Positions 62,489 to 64,000 of a stretch of DNA of 64,000 nucleotides are shown here, in pieces (the stretch's first letter is position 1; the number at the start of each line of letters is the position of its first letter). The position numbers were made by a program, and so were the translations under genes. Source of the DNA: Candidatus Gastranaerophilales bacterium (GTDB taxonomy: Bacteria > Cyanobacteriota > Vampirovibrionia > Gastranaerophilales > JANQFW01); the NCBI GenBank assembly GCA_028277625.1, contig JANQFW010000038.1, forward strand, positions 903-64,902. The letters are read 5' to 3'. The notes under the pieces were generated by a model. It was not told where the DNA came from. It worked only from the letters and a program-made list of their open reading frames with translations, and made no database searches.

Positions 62489-63172
62489 TTATACTAATTC
62501 TTGTTTTTTTAGTTCGGCTCTTATTTTGTCCAGGCCAGATTGAATGATCCTAGATACTCTTGAGGATGATATATTCATTTCATCGGCAAGATCTTTGATT
62601 TTTCTGTTTTTAAAAAATCTGTTTTCTAAAACCATTCTTTCTCTTTGAGGTACTTTTTTTAATGCTCGTTTGATTGCAGAGTTTAGTTCTTTAAATTCCA
62701 GATTTTCTTCCGGTGTAAAAGAGCTGTCTTTTATTTGGGTTGGATTTTCTGCGTCTGCTAACTCATCAATTGACAGGATGGTTTCGTAGATAGCCTCTCT
62801 TACTTGAGTTTTGCTGAGTTCTTCAATGTCTTTGGCTGATTCGTTATTTTTTTCGAATTCGCTAAGCTCTTCTTTATGCTTGGAGTGTTTAAAAGAGTAC
62901 CATTTGTATCTTCTTCTCAGCTCGTTTTTGATAGCCCATTTAATAGCTGTTGAAATATAAGATATATTGAATTCAGTGCTTTTTTTGTTATTGGTAAGCA
63001 ATATATGTACTGCCATTGCCCCAATGTTAACAAGTTCTGAATAATCAATTAAATGAGAAGAGATTGATAGTCTTGAATATTCAACGCGAGCTATTGTTTC
63101 AATTAGTTCAATGTAATCATTGATCGTTTTGGACTTTTCTTTGTTTAAAGGTTGCATAGGATCACAAAACAT
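62489..63172 (-). CDS. group 3 sigma-70 factor (FliA/WhiG/SigF-like)
   Basis: Region 2 (ELVNIG...YISTAIKWAIKNELR), region 4 HTH (RERMVL...LADEMNISSSRVSRI). Confidence 0.85.
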   Translation of the reverse strand: MFCDPMQPLNKEKSKTINDYIELIETIARVEYSRLSISSHLIDYSELVNIGAMAVHILLTNNKKSTEFNISYISTAIKWAIKNELRRRYKWYSFKHSKHKEELSEFEKNNESAKDIEELSKTQVREAIYETILSIDELADAENPTQIKDSSFTPEENLEFKELNSAIKRALKKVPQRERMVLENRFFKNRKIKDLADEMNISSSRVSRIIQSGLDKIRAELKKQELV

Positions 63173-63586
63173 TTTAGCTTCTCTCGTACTAACTATTTTG
63201 ACTTAAAAAATATTAAAAATAAATTTAAAATAAAATAAATTATTTCTATAATATTTGTTTAGTTTTTATGCTGTTTCTAAAGCAGAATATATTAAGGATT
63301 TTTAAAACACAAAGGAATTTATCAATTTAATTATTTAATTGTAACTTAAAAAGCTCTTTTTTAACACACGTTTTTAAGATTTTTATTAGGATTTTTTAAT
63401 GTTTTGGTGTAAAAAACTGATGAGCAAGCACTTAAGGCATTTATTTATTGTTAAGTTATATTAAGAGAATATTGTTTACTGTTTAACATTTTTGGAGAGT
63501 TGTAAAATAAATTTGAAGACAGTATGTTATAGTCAGTGTGTCAATTAATAAAAAGTCAAGAACTATTAAAATTGTAAATAATTGAA

Positions 63587-63618
63587 TAATCTGAAATGTA
63601 TCTTACAGGATTAGTTTA
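63587..63618 (-). repeat. dispersed repeat copy H (degenerate)
   Basis: Minus strand TAAACTAATCCTGTAAGATACATTTCAGATTA; shares ATACATTTCAGATTA with copy F. Confidence 0.55.
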
Positions 63619-63636
63619 AACGTTTTAGGAGAATGT

Positions 63637-64000
63637 ATGAGAGTTCTGTTTTGTGTTGATAATACTGATATGTCTTATAAAATCATAGAAAAAGGCTTTT
63701 CTTTTATAGATAAAGAATGTGAAATTGATTTATTAAATGTTTTTGATTTGAGCGCTATTAAATCTTTTTTAACCAATAAAGACATTGAGACATTAAGTTT
63801 AAAAGAATCATCTTTAGATTTTCTTAAAAAATTGGAAGAGAACTTAAAGAATAAAGGTGGGAAAGTAAATAAATCTTTTGTGGAAGAAGGTAAGCCTGCT
63901 AACGTTATTTTAGACTTAATAAGTACAGACGTGTATGACCTTGTGGTTATGGGTTCTCATAGTAAAAAAATGATTGAAAAATGGATTGGGAGTGTAAGTC
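63637..64000 (+). CDS. universal stress protein (runs off window end)
   Basis: Manual translation MRVLFCVDNTDMS...EGKPANVIL...YDLVVMGSHSKKMIEKWIGSVS; AGGAG RBS. Confidence 0.88.
   Translation, partial: MRVLFCVDNTDMSYKIIEKGFSFIDKECEIDLLNVFDLSAIKSFLTNKDIETLSLKESSLDFLKKLEENLKNKGGKVNKSFVEEGKPANVILDLISTDVYDLVVMGSHSKKMIEKWIGSVS

Noticed and set aside
14621-63618. Dispersed repeat interpreted as a CRISPR array or integron attC sites
   Set aside because: Copies are kilobases apart, degenerate and on both strands; no cas genes, integrase or RYYYAAC/GTTRRRY ends
1-64000. rRNA, tRNA, transposase, prophage or anti-phage defence genes
   Set aside because: None recognised by eye; a tRNAscan/Rfam/DefenseFinder run would be needed to exclude them formally

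Overview
AT-rich bacterial chromosome window. The gene set (cyanobacterial-type long NusB next to ftsY, short SecD/SecF, PilT, MCP, no photosynthesis genes) best fits a non-photosynthetic cyanobacterial relative (Melainabacteria/Vampirovibrionia); this assignment is inference. Most of the window is housekeeping: argC-J-B-D-carA-carB-argG-argH, rpsP, lspA, ruvC, glgC, lepA, rpsT, nusB-ftsY-ffh, pilT, secDF, two-component genes and a group-3 sigma factor. No rRNA, tRNA, CRISPR array, transposase or prophage was recognised. Highlights: (1) three orphan genes at 44.4-48.7 kb share a non-Sec N-terminal leader (MIKxYxxPxxIxFK), beta-hairpin repeats and an unrecognised domain present four times, plus a C10 tract and eukaryote-like linear motifs, making them a candidate exported-effector family; (2) an apparent Arg-codon leader-peptide attenuator upstream of the arg operon; (3) a dispersed intergenic repeat/hairpin (TATACTAACTC...TTTTCAG) that points into the downstream gene in every clear copy; (4) two minimal subtilases bracketed by a duplicated terminator; (5) a strand-composition switch near 38-41 kb consistent with a replication origin.
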